NCBI RefSeq assembly: GCF_036365525.1
Contig: NW_027142279.1
Span: 434,001 to 498,000, forward strand
DNA: 64,000 bases
Direction: 5' to 3'
Origin: Heterodontus francisci
Lineage: Eukaryota
Shown here one piece after another: positions 11,040-22,980 of this stretch (position 1 is its first letter; the number at the start of each line of letters is the position of its first letter). The position numbers and the translations under genes were made by a program. A model generated the notes under the pieces. The model saw only the letters and a program-made list of their open reading frames with translations. It was not told where the DNA came from and ran no database searches.

Positions 11040-14000
11040 CAGAGACAGACAGAGAGGGAGAAAGAGAGAGAGACAGAGAGAGAGACCGAGAACGAGATAG
11101 ATTGAGAGAGAGAGAAATAGAGAAAGAGACAGACAGAAAGAGAAAGAGACAGACAGACAGACAAAGAGATAGTGACAGAGAGAGATACANNNNNNNNNNN
11201 NNNNNNNNNNNNNNNNNNNNNNNNNNNNNNNNNNNNNNNNNNNNNNNNNNNNNNNNNNNNNNNNNNNNNNNNNNNNNNNNNNNNNNNNNNNNNNNNNNNN
11301 NNNNNNNNNNNNNNNNNNNNNGAGAGGGAGAGAAAGAAATAGAGAAAGAGGCAGACAGANNNNNNNNNNNNNNNNNNNNNNNNNNNNNNNNNNNNNNNNN
11401 NNNNNNNNNNNNNNNNNNNNNNNNNNNNNNNNNNNNNNNNNNNNNNNNNNNNNNNNNNNNNNNNNNNNNNNNNNNNNNNNNNNNNNNNNNNNNNNNNNNN
11501 NNNNNNNNNNNNNNNNNNNNNNNNNNNNNNNNNNNNNNNNNNNNNCAGATGAGTGACAGATCGAGAGAAGCAGAGACAACGGGAAAGACAGCAACAGGGA
11601 ATGAGAGAGAGAGAGGCAGAGAGAGACAGAAGCACAGAGACAGAAACAGAGACAGAGAGAAAAGGAGAGAAAGAGAGAGACAGAGAGAGTGAGAGAGAGA
11701 CATGCAGAGAGAAACACATGGTCAAAGAGGGAGAGACTGAGAGAGAGACAGAGAGAGAGAGACAGGAAATGTAAGAGAGGGACAGAGAGAGAGAGGCAGA
11801 GAGACAGTGGGAAAGACAGAGACAGTGAGAGGGAGAAGCAGAGACAGAGACCGAGAGACACACAGAGAGACAGGGAAACAGAGACAGAGAGAAAATGAGA
11901 GAAATAGAGAGAGAGAAAGAGACAGAGAGAGACACACAGAGAAACAGAAAGACAGAGACAGAGACAGAGAGAAAAGGAGAGAAATATAGAGAGATAGAGA
12001 GAGACAGAGACAGAGAGAGAGACTGAGAGTGAGACAGGAAGAGAAACAGAGACAGAGAGAGTGGTGACAGAGACAAAGAGAGACACACAGATAGACATGG
12101 AAACAGAGACAGAGAGAAAAGGAGAAAGAGAGACAGACAGACAGACAGAGAGCGGAAGACAGACAGCGAAAGACAGGCAGAGACAGTGAGAGAGACACAG
12201 ACCGAGAGAAAGAGAGACAGAGAGAGGCAGAGAGACAGCGCGAAAGACAGAGAGAGAGAGAAAGAGATTGAGAGAGACAGAGAGAGAGACGTGATAGAGA
12301 GACAGAGAGAGACAGTGACAGAGACACAGACCGAGAGAAAGAGAGACAGAGAGAGGCAGAGAGACAGCGCGAAAGACAGAGAGAGAGAGAAAGAGATTGA
12401 GAGAGACAGAGAGAGAGACGTGATAGAGAGACAGAGAGAGACAGTGACAGAGAGACAGAAACAGAGAGAAAGAGAGGCAGAGACAGGGAAAGCCAGAGAC
12501 AAAAAGACAGAGAGACAGAGAGAAAGATAGAAAGATAGATAGATAGAGAGAGAAACAGACAGACAGAGAAAGAGATACAGAGAGAGAGAGACCGAGACAG
12601 AGAGAGAGAAACAAAGAGAGAGACAGAGAGACAAGGAGAGAGAGAGAGACAGGAAGAGAGATAGAGACAAATGTGTGACAGATCGAGAGAGGCAGAGACA
12701 ACAGGAAAGACAGAGACAGTGAATGAGAGAGAGAGAGAGGCAGACAGAGACAGAAATAGAGAGACAGAANNNNNNNNNNNNNNNNNNNNNNNNNNNNNNN
12801 NNNNNNNNNNNNNNNNNNNNNNNNNNNNNNNNNNNNNNNNNNNNNNNNNNNNNNNNNNNNNNNNNNNNNNNNNNNNNNNNNNNNNNNNNNNNNNNNNNNN
12901 NNNNNNNNNNNACAGGGAGAGAGAGAAGCAGAGACAGAGACAGAGAGACACACCGAGAAACAGAAAGACAGAGACAGTGACAGACAGAAAAGGAGAGAAA
13001 TAAAGTGAGATAGACAGAGACAGAGACGGAGACAGAGAGAAAGAGAGACACGGACAGAGAGATAGAGAGAAAGACAGAGACAGAGGGAGAGACACATACA
13101 CAGAGAAATAGAGATAGAGAGAGAGACTGAAAGAGAGACAGGAAGAGAAATAGAGACAGATAGATTGACAGAGGCAGAGAGAGACACACAGATAGACATG
13201 GAAACAGAGACAGAGAGAAAAGGAGAAAGAGAGACAGACAGACAGACAGAGTAAGACAGACAGAGAAAGACAGGCAGAGACAGTGAGAGAGACACAGAAC
13301 GAGAGAAAGAGAGAAAGACAGAGACAGAGAGAGGCAGAGAGACAGCGGGAAAGACAGAGAGAAAGAGAGAAAGCGATTGAGAGAGACAGAGAGAGACGAG
13401 ATAGAGAGACAGAGATAGACAGTGACAGAGAGACAGAAACAGAGAGAAAGAGAGGCAGNNNNNNNNNNNNNNNNNNNNNNNNNNNNNNNNNNNNNNNNNN
13501 NNNNNNNNNNNNNNNNNNNNNNNNNNNNNNNNNNNNNNNNNNNNNNNNNNNNNNNNNNNNNNNNNNNNNNNNNNNNNNNNNNNNNNNNNNNNNNNNNNNN
13601 NNNNNNNNNNNNNNNNNNNNNNNNNNNNNNNNNNNNNNNNNNNNNNNNNGACAAATGTGTGACAGATCGAGAGAGGCAGAGACAACGGGAAAGACAGAGA
13701 CAGTGAATGAGAGAGAGTGAGGCAGAGAGAGACAGAAACAGAGAGACAGAAACAGAGACAGAGAGAAAAGGAGAGAAAGAGAGAGACACATGCAGAGAGA
13801 GACNNNNNNNNNNNNNNNNNNNNNNNNNNNNNNNNNNNNNNNNNNNNNNNNNNNNNNNNNNNNNNNNNNNNNNNNNNNNNNNNNNNNNNNNNNNNNNNNN
13901 NNNNNNNNNNNNNNNNNNNNNNNNNNNNNNNNNNNNNNNNNNNNNNNNNNNNNNNNNNNNNNNNNNNNNNNNNNNNNNNNNNNNNNNNNNNNGAGAGAGA

Positions 14001-15830
14001 CACATAAAGAGAGAGACTCATGGTCAAAGAGAGAGAGACTGAGAGAGAGACACTGAGTGAGAGAGAGACAGGATAGGCAGGACAGAGAAAGAGAGAGAGG
14101 CAGAAAGACAGTGCGAAAGACAGAGACAGTGAGAGAGAGAAGCAGAGACAGAGACAGAGAGACACACATAGAGACAGGGAAACAGAGACAGAGNNNNNNN
14201 NNNNNNNNNNNNNNNNNNNNNNNNNNNNNNNNNNNNNNNNNNNNNNNNNNNNNNNNNNNNNNNNNNNNNNNNNNNNNNNNNNNNNNNNNNNNNNNNNNNN
14301 NNNNNNNNNNNNNNNNNNNNNNNNNNNNNNNNNNNNNNNNNNNNNNNNNNNNNNNNNNNNNNNNNNNNNNNNNNNNNNNNNNNNNNNNNNNNNNNNNNNN
14401 NNNNNNNNNNNNNNNNNNNNNNNNNNNNNNNNNNNNNNNNNATGCAAACTGAGACAGCGAGAAAAGGAGAAAGAGAGACAGACAGACAGACAGACAGAGA
14501 AAGACAGACAGAGAAAGACATGCAGTGACAGTGAGAGAGACACAGACCGAGAGAAAGAGAGACAGAGAGAGGCAGAGAGAGAGTGGGAAAGACAGAGAGA
14601 AAGAAAGAGATTGAGAGATTCAGAGAGAAACGAGATAGAGAGACAGAGAGAGACAGTGATAGAGAGACGGAAACAAAGTGATTGAGAGGCAGNNNNNNNN
14701 NNNNNNNNNNNNNNNNNNNNNNNNNNNNNNNNNNNNNNNNNNNNNNNNNNNNNNNNNNNNNNNNNNNNNNNNNNNNNNNNNNNNNNNNNNNNNNNNNNNN
14801 NNNNNNNNNNNNNNNNNNNNNNNNNNNNNNNNNNNNNNNNNNNNNNNNNNNNNNNNNNNNNNNGAAAGACAGCGGGAAAGTGAGTGAGTGAGAGAGACAG
14901 AGACAGTGAGTCAGAGACAGAGAGACACACTGAGAGGCAGAGAAACGGAGACAGTGAGAAAAGGAGAAAAGGAAGAGAGAGAGATAGAGAACGAGAGACA
15001 GAGACACAGAGAGAGTTAGACACAAACAGAGAGAAAGACAGAGACACAGAGTGGCAGAGAGACAGAGGGAAAGACAGCGACAGAGAGAGAGAGACAGAGA
15101 TTGAGAGAGACAGACAGAAAGAGAGACAGGGAGACAGAAACAGAGAGAAAAAGAGAGATAGACAGAGAGAGACAGACAGACAGAGACAAAGAAAGAAAGA
15201 CAGACACAGAGAGAGAGGGAGAGAGGGAGAGAGAAGAGAAGCATAAGAGAGGCAGAGAGAGAGAGAGAGCGACAGAGAGAGAGAGAGGCACTGAGACAGC
15301 GGGAAAGACAGAGACAGTGAGAAAGAGAGACAGAAAGAAACAGAGATAGAGACAGGCAGAGAAAGAGGGGACAGAGACAGAGAGACAGAGATAAAAGGGG
15401 TAAGACAGAGATGGAGATAAGAAGAGAATGAGAGACAGAGAGAGACACACAGAGACAGAGAGAGAGAGAGGTAGAAAGAAAGAAATCGAGAAAGGGACAG
15501 CCAGAAATAGAGACAGACAGAGACAGAGACAAGGCGAGAAAGAGAGACAGAGCTAGAGTGTGCCATAGTGAGAGAGGCAGAGAGAGAGAAGAGAGAGAGA
15601 CAGAGAGAAAGAGAAAAACAGAGACACAGCGAGAGACAGGAAGAGAAAGAGAGACCAAAAGAGAGAGAGAGACAGTCAGAGAGAAAGAGTCAGACAGATA
15701 GAGATAGAGAGAGACTAGGAGAGAGAGAGAGAGAAAGAGAGACAGAGACAGACAGAGAGAAACACAGGGACAGAGAGAGACGGGGGTGGGGGTGAGAGAG
15801 GAGAGAGAGGCAGGGAGAGAAAGAGAGACA
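11040..15830. repeat. GA/GACA microsatellite filling intron 1 of the inverted C gene
   Basis: Low-complexity purine tract with N-runs and local duplications. Confidence 0.95.
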
Positions 15831-15959
15831 GAAGCCTGGATGCAATGCACAAATCTCAGAGTGAAGAAGTTTCTCCCACTTTATGTTCTTGGTGTGATAT
15901 GAAAACTGTGTTTTATGCACAAATAATTGAAGTTTTTTTCTCTTTTAAATTTCTTGCCG

Positions 15960-15977
15960 GCCTATGTGAAGGGAAAG
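15960..15977 (+). pseudogene. TRBC: Inverted TRBC exon 2 (connecting peptide, (G)LCEGK), acceptor mutated
   Basis: 18-nt phase-1/phase-1 exon with a Cys at the interchain position and GTGAGG donor; pyrimidine tract ends CCG, not CAG; parallels (E)MCGISK of the main C. Confidence 0.65.
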
Positions 15978-16253
15978 GTGAGGACTTCCAATNNNNNNNN
16001 NNNNNNNNNNNNNNNNNNNNNNNNNNNNNNNNNNNNNNNNNNNNNNNNNNNNNNNNNNNNNNNNNNNNNNNNNNNNNNNNNNNNNNNNNNNNNNNNNNNN
16101 NNNNNNNNNNNNNNNNNNNNNNNNNNNNNNNNNNNNNNNNNNNNNNNNNNNATGTAAACATACACACACACACTCACACACACTCACGGAATGTACATAA
16201 TGATTAAGTTGGATTTTAGGGCGTGACTCTGGTCTTTCTTGTCTGTCTTTCAG

Positions 16254-16363
16254 TGGAGCGGATACAGAGGCAACAGATTGTGGCAAGAGCTACTTACACT
16301 TCACTCATCTCCAAGAGCTTCCTGCATATGGCAGTGATCACCATCGTGCTGATCAAGGGGAAG
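16254..16363 (+). pseudogene. TRBC: Inverted TRBC exon 3 (transmembrane)
   Basis: tctttCAG acceptor, GTATGA donor; (V)ERIQRQQIVARATYTSLISKSFLHMAVITIVLIKGK keeps TYxxLIxKS with the TM Lys; second Tyr replaced by His. Confidence 0.85.
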
Positions 16364-16609
16364 GTATGAGAATTACCAGGACACTTTGCTGAAGTGTAAA
16401 ACGGACCCACTTCTCTATTCTGTAAACTTCAATCCTCTCCAGGTTTTAGGCCTCAGTGAGGCACATTCCCCAGACATCGGGTGAATCACTGAACCCAGTC
16501 CATGTCACTGTGCATGTGAATCGACAGTGAAACCACACTATTAGCACCACTGTCTCGACTGCAATCCATCTAGATCCTGCACCAAGGGGTCCTGAATCGC
16601 CCCTACCCT

Positions 16610-17343
16610 CTCACATGAGGACAGAATGAGCGATAGAGAAGGAGAATGAGAGAGATGTACCTATAGAGTAATAGAGAGAGTGTGAGGGGTGGAGGGACAG
16701 AGAGCGAGAAAGAAAAAGACAGAGAGAGATATACAGAAAGAGAGACAAAGAGCTGGAGTGACAAAACCAGTGAGGGAAATGCTGAGACAGTTGGAGACAG
16801 TGAGAGAAAGGGATAGCTAAGGATAAGTTGTGTGTGTGAGAGAGAGTGAGAGATAAAAAGAGAGAGAGATGGATAAACATAGAGTGACAGATACAGAGAG
16901 AGAGAGAGAGAGTCTGGGGAGATAAAATGAGAGAGAAAGGCAATTCGACAGAAATAAAGTGAAATTGAGACACGAGGGATAAACAGAGAGAGAGTGTGTC
17001 TGTATTACATACATTAAGAAGAAACAGTTTTGGGCAATGAAAGAGAGACAGGGTGAGAAAGGAAGATTGAGGCAGACAGAGAGAGGAAGAGAAAGAGAGA
17101 GAGAGAGAAGCATTTAAGGGAAAGACAGACAGACACAGAGACACAGAGAGAGGGAGACAGGAACAGACAGAGAGAGAACCTAAGAGAGAGAAATAGACAG
17201 AGAGAACATGCGGGAGAGACGGTGATAGTGGGAGAGACAGGAAGAGAGAGGGAGAGAGAGGAGAGTACAACGGAGAGACAGAGTGACACAGAGACACAGA
17301 CAGAGAAAGGAACACATAGACAAAAAGAAAGAAAGCGAGAGAC

Positions 17344-17380
<37 letters not shown>

Positions 17381-17410
17381 GGAGCGTTTAAGGGAGACAG
17401 AGAGAGAGCC
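16610..17410. repeat. GA-rich low-complexity tract
   Basis: Degenerate (GA)n/(GACA)n. Confidence 0.85.
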
Positions 17411-17664
17411 CTACTCCCCCACCCTTTCCTCATCACCTTGCAAAATTTACTCTTTCAAGTCTTAATCCAATTGTCCACTTTTTCCGGCATTGCTTTCCAG
17501 ATGACAGCAACGCTCTGAGTTTAAGAAAAACTCACCCTTTCCTCTGGATCTTTTTAAATGCCATGAAATGTGTTTCCACTGACTCGAAATCCTTCCCAGG
17601 GCATTGTGTAAGAAATATTCCATGACTGACTCAATCTTTTTCCTTCCTTTTTTTCCCCTTCCAG

Positions 17665-17697
17665 ATTTCGGGAAAGTTGACGAAAAGTTTCGATTAA
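17665..17697 (+). pseudogene. TRBC: Inverted TRBC exon 4 (cytoplasmic tail ISGKLTKSFD*)
   Basis: Long pyrimidine tract plus CAG, phase 0, ends KSFD-TAA like TSYSKRFD* of the main C; AATAAA at 18081-18086. Confidence 0.75.
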
Positions 17698-18559
17698 CTA
17701 AGCCGGGGCCAAAAACTCTGCAACAGGGCACTCGTCACAACATATCCTGAAAAAATATAGGAAAGGAGGAGGAGGCTATTGGGTCATATCCCTATCATTG
17801 ATATGTTGTAATTTTCTATTGGTTAATAACAGTTTGGCAACTGGCAAAACCCATTAGGTCTTTTAGAGGATTTGGATTATAACATAATTAAAATTTATGT
17901 CTCAATTTCTATTCAATTCATTTAACCACTTGTCAGCTGGTTAGCTGAGCTGGTTAAGCTACTTTAACTAGTCGAGATGTCTCCTGTCCATCTTTGACCC
18001 GTTTGCACACTGAGCTTTATTTCTTTAAGTTGAGCTTCTTCATGATGCACCCTTCTCTCTCTTGTGACATCAAGCAGGCTAATAAAAAGATCTGTGGAAA
18101 TGATACGCTGTGTTTTTAACTCTGCTTTTCGCACCTTTACACAACATTTCACCAGGCATTGCAGTTCGCCAGCTCGCAGGAGAAAATACAAAACAGATAC
18201 TGAGCTGAAAACAACATGAGAAACACACAGCAGGAACAGAGTCGAAAGGGGCTCCTGAGGATGGGAGGAAATAACACGGCGGGCACATCAGCATTTTGGA
18301 GGAGTTTAGGATGGAGGGTCAATAGGGAATGTTAACAAGGGATGCTGGGTGGGTGCCCAGCACAGCTTTTTGTTTGACCGACTGGCTTGCCCAGTCATTT
18401 CAGAGTCAGCCACATTGTTGCAGGAATGGAGTCACCTTTTGGGCCAGGCCGGTTAAAGATGACAGATTTCCTACTCTCAGTGAGAGATGGGTTTTTCAGG
18501 CAATCCAGTAGTTTCATGCTCACCATGACTGAGACCAGCTTTTTATCATTTTTTAAATT

Positions 18560-18955
18560 CGTTCATAGGATGTGGGCGTCGCTGGCCAGGCCAGCATTTA
18601 TTGCCCATCTCTAATTGCCCTTGAGAAGGTGGTGGTGAGCTGCCTTCTTGAACCACTGCAGTCCATGTGTGGTAGTTACATCCACAGTGCTGTTAGGAAG
18701 GGAGTTCCAGGATTTTGACCCAGCGACAGTGAAGGAACGGCGATATAGTTCCAAGTCAGGATGGTGTGTGACTTGGAGGGGAGCTTGCAGGTGGTGGTGT
18801 CCCGATGCATCTGCTGCCCTTGTCATTCTAGTTGGTAGAGGTCGCGAGTTTGGAAGGTGCTGTCTAAGGAGACTTTGTGCATTGCTACAGTGCATCTTGT
18901 AGATGGTACACACTGCTGCCACTGTGTGTCGGTGGTGGAGGGAGTGAATGTTTAT
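18560..18955 (-). mobile_element. 3' end of a CR1/L2-clade LINE
   Basis: Minus ORF 18611-18922 ends SFTVAGSKSWNSLP...FKKAAHHHLLKGN, typical of a LINE ORF2 C-terminus; related tail copy near 46830. Confidence 0.75.
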
Positions 18956-20139
18956 CTAACTAAGTGAACTTACATTATCCACCTTGCTGGGATTCGAATT
19001 CACGTCACCAAGTTATTAGCCCAGGCCTTTAGATTACTAGCCCAGTAGCGTAACACTTTGCGACCTTACACTTCAGCCTTCTTTTGAGCCTCAGCCCTAG
19101 GAGTGGAAAATACAAATGTGGGCGGGTTTCTACGTGTGATTCACGCACTGTTAAACCCACTCACCAGCCTGTTTTTCTTTCTTAAGCTGTTTAAACGTTT
19201 GCAGCTGCACTCTGATAACCGCACATCCTGACTGCGTGTTTCCTGTCTCTGTGTCTCTCTGTATAATTCGATTCTGCTGCTGTGTTGTTCTGAAAAAGTC
19301 TTTCCACAAAAAAACATGGAAAGAAAGCAGTACAGAGGAATTTGCAGGTAGTTAGGGCGACGAATTGAATTAACAGGGGAGATAGGAGGAGTTGCACTAG
19401 CTGGGTTGATCTTGCAGAGAGCTGGAATTGACTCGATGGGCCAAATGGCCTTCTTCTGTACTGTAACCAGTCTCTGATTCTATGATAGATTCCCTGTGGT
19501 TGGAGAATCTGAAAATATATTTGATCAGTCAATCAAATGTGAAGGAAATGCAACACCCAACATGTTTACATTGCTGACTCTTTATTCCCTCAGGTATAGA
19601 AGATTAAACGGTGATCTGACTGAGGTGTTTAAAATGACTGAATGTGTTGATAGAATAGATAGAGATAAACTATATCCTGTTGTTGGGGGCGGGGCACGGG
19701 GGCAGAACAAGTTGGTTTAAACCCAAACATCGAGCCAGGCTATTCAGGAGTGATGTCAGGAAGCATTTCTTCACACAAAGGGGCGTGGAAATCTGTTTCC
19801 TGTGTGTAGATTAGTGTTTGTAAGGTCAATAAAATTTTGCACGAATGGTGTGGTAGTGATTCCTTTAGAAGAACAACACTTCATCTTTAAGACAAGCAGT
19901 TAAACAATAAATGCATGTGCCAGAGTAGCATTTACCCCCACATCACGGTATTTTTTTCATCACACCTCTGTTCATTATCAGAANNNNNNNNNNNNNNNNN
20001 NNNNNNNNNNNNNNNNNNNNNNNNNNNNNNNNNNNNNNNNNNNNNNNNNNNNNNNNNNNNNNNNNNNNNNNNNNNNNNNNNNNNNNNNNNNNNNNNNNNN
20101 NNNNNNNNNNNNNNNNNNNNNNNNNNNNNNNNNNNNNNN

Positions 20140-21020
20140 NCTGTCTATGGCTATCTAATTATCTGTCTGTCTACCTATTTCACTCTCTATATAGAATCTT
20201 TATCCATCAATATTTATCTACAAATCTATCTGTTGATCCCTCTGTCTATCTATTCTCTAAACCACCTGTAGAACTCCCAATTCATTTCTTTCACTCTCTC
20301 TATCCAGTTATTTATCTATCTGTCTAGCCATCTCTCTATCAATCTGTCTATCTATTTCTCTATCTATTGATCCCTTTATCCAACTGTATCTCTATCTATC
20401 TTATATGCCTATATATATATCTATACCTGCATTGCTCGATCTTTCTATTTAGTTCTCTATCATTATCTACCCACATATCACTCTATCTATCTATTGCTCT
20501 CTCCATCCATCACTTTCTTTCTTTATATCCAACTATCGACCTATCCATTTATTCCAACAGTTCATCTATCCATTTATTCATAACTTTCTTTAACTAACTA
20601 TTTACCCAACACTCTGTCTATCTATTGATACCTCTATCCATCTATTTCGTTATATCCATCTATCTCTTCATCTCGATTTCTCTCCCTGTATCTCCCTCTC
20701 TATCTATTGATATCTCTATCTATTGACTTTTCTGTCCATCTATATCTCCTATATGTCTATATAGGTCTACATGATCTGATATGATATGCCTATATATGTC
20801 TCTAGAGATCGATCTTTCTATCTAACGCCCTATCTCTCTATTAGTATCTATCTATCTACCACTTTATCAATTGATGTCTCCATACAACTCTCTTTATATC
20901 TATCAATAGCTTTCTATATTTATATCTATCTATCAATCCCTTTCTATCTATCAGTCAATCCTTGTCTATCTATCCATCTAACTCTCTATCCGTCTATCCA
21001 TCTATCTATCTATTTTTCTG
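20140..21020. repeat. Degenerate (TCTA)n tract
   Basis: tcta/tcca repeats. Confidence 0.85.
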
Positions 21021-21071
21021 TCCACCAGATTGACATTGGACTCTCATTGACAGGACCTGCATATAAGATCA

Positions 21072-21090
21072 CAGACAGCAGGTGGCAGCA
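21072..21090 (+). promoter_or_regulatory. Candidate CTCF site 3' of the main TRBC
   Basis: CAGACAGCAGGTGGCAGCA resembles the CTCF core CCASYAGRKGGCRS, with an upstream TGCA module; matched by eye. Confidence 0.5.
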
Positions 21091-21614
21091 GAGATCAACA
21101 TTTCATCCAATTCCATCATACTGAGCTCAAGTGAGAAAGACAGGATGGAGGAAGGACAGGGGGCAGGAAAAAAGAAAGTTTGTTTGGGTGAAAAAGGGGG
21201 AAAAAAGAGATTGAAAGAACGTGACGAGAAAAGAGAGAAGAACTGCAAGAGAAATCCAAGGAAGGAGAAGAGTTTAGGAAAAAGGGGGCGGGAAGGAATG
21301 AGAAAGTAGAGAAAGAAAAAGAGAAGGGAAAGAAAATGGAGAGAAGAAATCAGAACAAGAAAGAAAGACAGAGAGGAAGAGAGATAGAGAGAAAGAAAGA
21401 TAAACAATGAAGGAGAGGAGTAGATTGAAAGGAATGACAAAAGATAGAAAATTGGTCGATACAATAACAGAAAGTTTGATTGGATGAAATAAAAAAATTG
21501 ATGGAAGAGAAGAATTAAAGAAAGGATAAAAGAGTGATGGGGAGGAAGAAAGATAATTAAAATAAGGAACTGAAGACTGAAAGCATAACTAAATGAATGA
21601 TATAAAAATGCTGA

Positions 21615-22010
21615 AGAAGGAAATTCAGCTGCAATAGGCATCACAGACTTTGCTGCACTGACCCAGCAGCCACATTTCCTCTGCATGGAGGGGGCAGGTG
21701 CACGGGGCCCAGAGACAGCGTCTCACCCAGTAGGAAATGAGACAAACATGGGCTCAATCTGCCAGCCTCTGAGCGGAGAGCACAGCAACAATAACAGGTG
21801 GCACTTTCCGTTAAACCACAGGGTGAAACTCGGGCGCAATGACCTACTTTACAAACCGTGCAGCGCGCCTGCATGCAGAAAGCTGAGCTGCACCATTTGA
21901 AAGTTCACATCCCACGGCCTCCGTTTGATATCTTTCCGTGCAGCTGCACAATGTTATTTTCCAGCTCCAGTCTTGTTTTGAGTTAATATTTTCCGGAGGA
22001 AATGACACTG
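21615..22010. promoter_or_regulatory. Candidate TCR-beta enhancer (E-beta-like)
   Basis: Unique island between repeats about 3.5 kb 3' of TRBC; E-boxes CAGCTG 21626 and 21941, CAGGTG 21695 and 21795; RUNX AACCACA 21814; ETS-like AGGAAATG 21732 and 21997, CATTTCCT 21673. Confidence 0.45.
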
Positions 22011-22269
22011 TAACCGAATTTTAAAGTCACAGCTCATTATCGCTCCGGTTCACTCAAGCAGACAATCACTTTAACAAGCCAAATCTTTACCCCCATACAG
22101 TATGTAAGATTTCAGTGAACGTTTGGCCGACTCTGCTCTGTCTCATTGATATTTGCCAGTGTTACTGCTGAAATTTTGCATTTAGGGTTGTTTTTTTTAT
22201 ATATGGAGAATTGGAACGGGGAGTGAGCAAGTACTGGGAAAAAAGGGGAAGGGATGTGATTCGAGACCA

Positions 22270-22980
22270 GATTGTGTGTGTGAGAGAAAGAGCTAGGGAG
22301 AGCTGGGGAGAGAGACAAAGAGAGAGAGAGGGTGAGGGGAAGAGGGGGCAAGGGAGCGAGAGAGAGAGATAAACAAACAGAGGGGGCAAGATATGGAGAG
22401 AGAGAAAGACAGAGGGAAAGAGAGGGGAAGGGATGGAGAGAGAGAAAGACAGAGGGAAAGAGAAGGGAAGCGATGGAGAGAGAGAAAGACAGAGGGAAAG
22501 AGAGGGGAAGGGATGGAGAGAGACAAATAGACAGACAGGACAGAATATGGAGAGAAAGACAGGCAGCGAGAGAGAGAGAGAGAGGGTTACAGAGAGACAG
22601 AAAGGCAGACAATGAAAAATACTGAGGAGTCAGCAACTTGGAAAACGGTAAGCGAGGTGATAGAGAGAGAGGGGGAGGGGAGAGAGAGAGACAAACATGG
22701 TGAGTGATGGGGAATTAAGCAGGCAGCGCACAGAAAGAGGAAGAAATGAGATAGAAAGGAAAAGAGGTAGGGGAATGGCTGTATAAGAGATACAGAGAGA
22801 AAGAAGGGATAAATGAAAGATACAGGGAGAGAAAAATAGAAAGAGAGAGGGAGAATGATAGTGGGGAATAGAAAAGGAGAGAAAGATGCAGGGAATAGAG
22901 AAAGGCAGGGGACGTATAGAGACAGAGAACTGGTGAGATAGAGAGACCAGGAGCTAGAATCGTGGGTAGATAGAGCTGAC
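22270..22980. repeat. GA-rich low-complexity tract
   Basis: Purine-rich degenerate repeats. Confidence 0.85.

Noticed and set aside
10995-15850. Very long ORFs (up to 1523 aa) and the many S/L/C- or R/E-rich ORFs from 562 to 23003
   Set aside because: Translations of GA/TC microsatellite and N-runs; no domain content.
10359-17697. Inverted C as immunoglobulin, IgNAR, NAR-TCR or TCR gamma/delta
   Set aside because: Single C domain, small Cys exon, TM with TYxxLIxKS, a coding fourth exon ending FD*, and a D plus J segments fit TRB best; a phylogeny is still needed.
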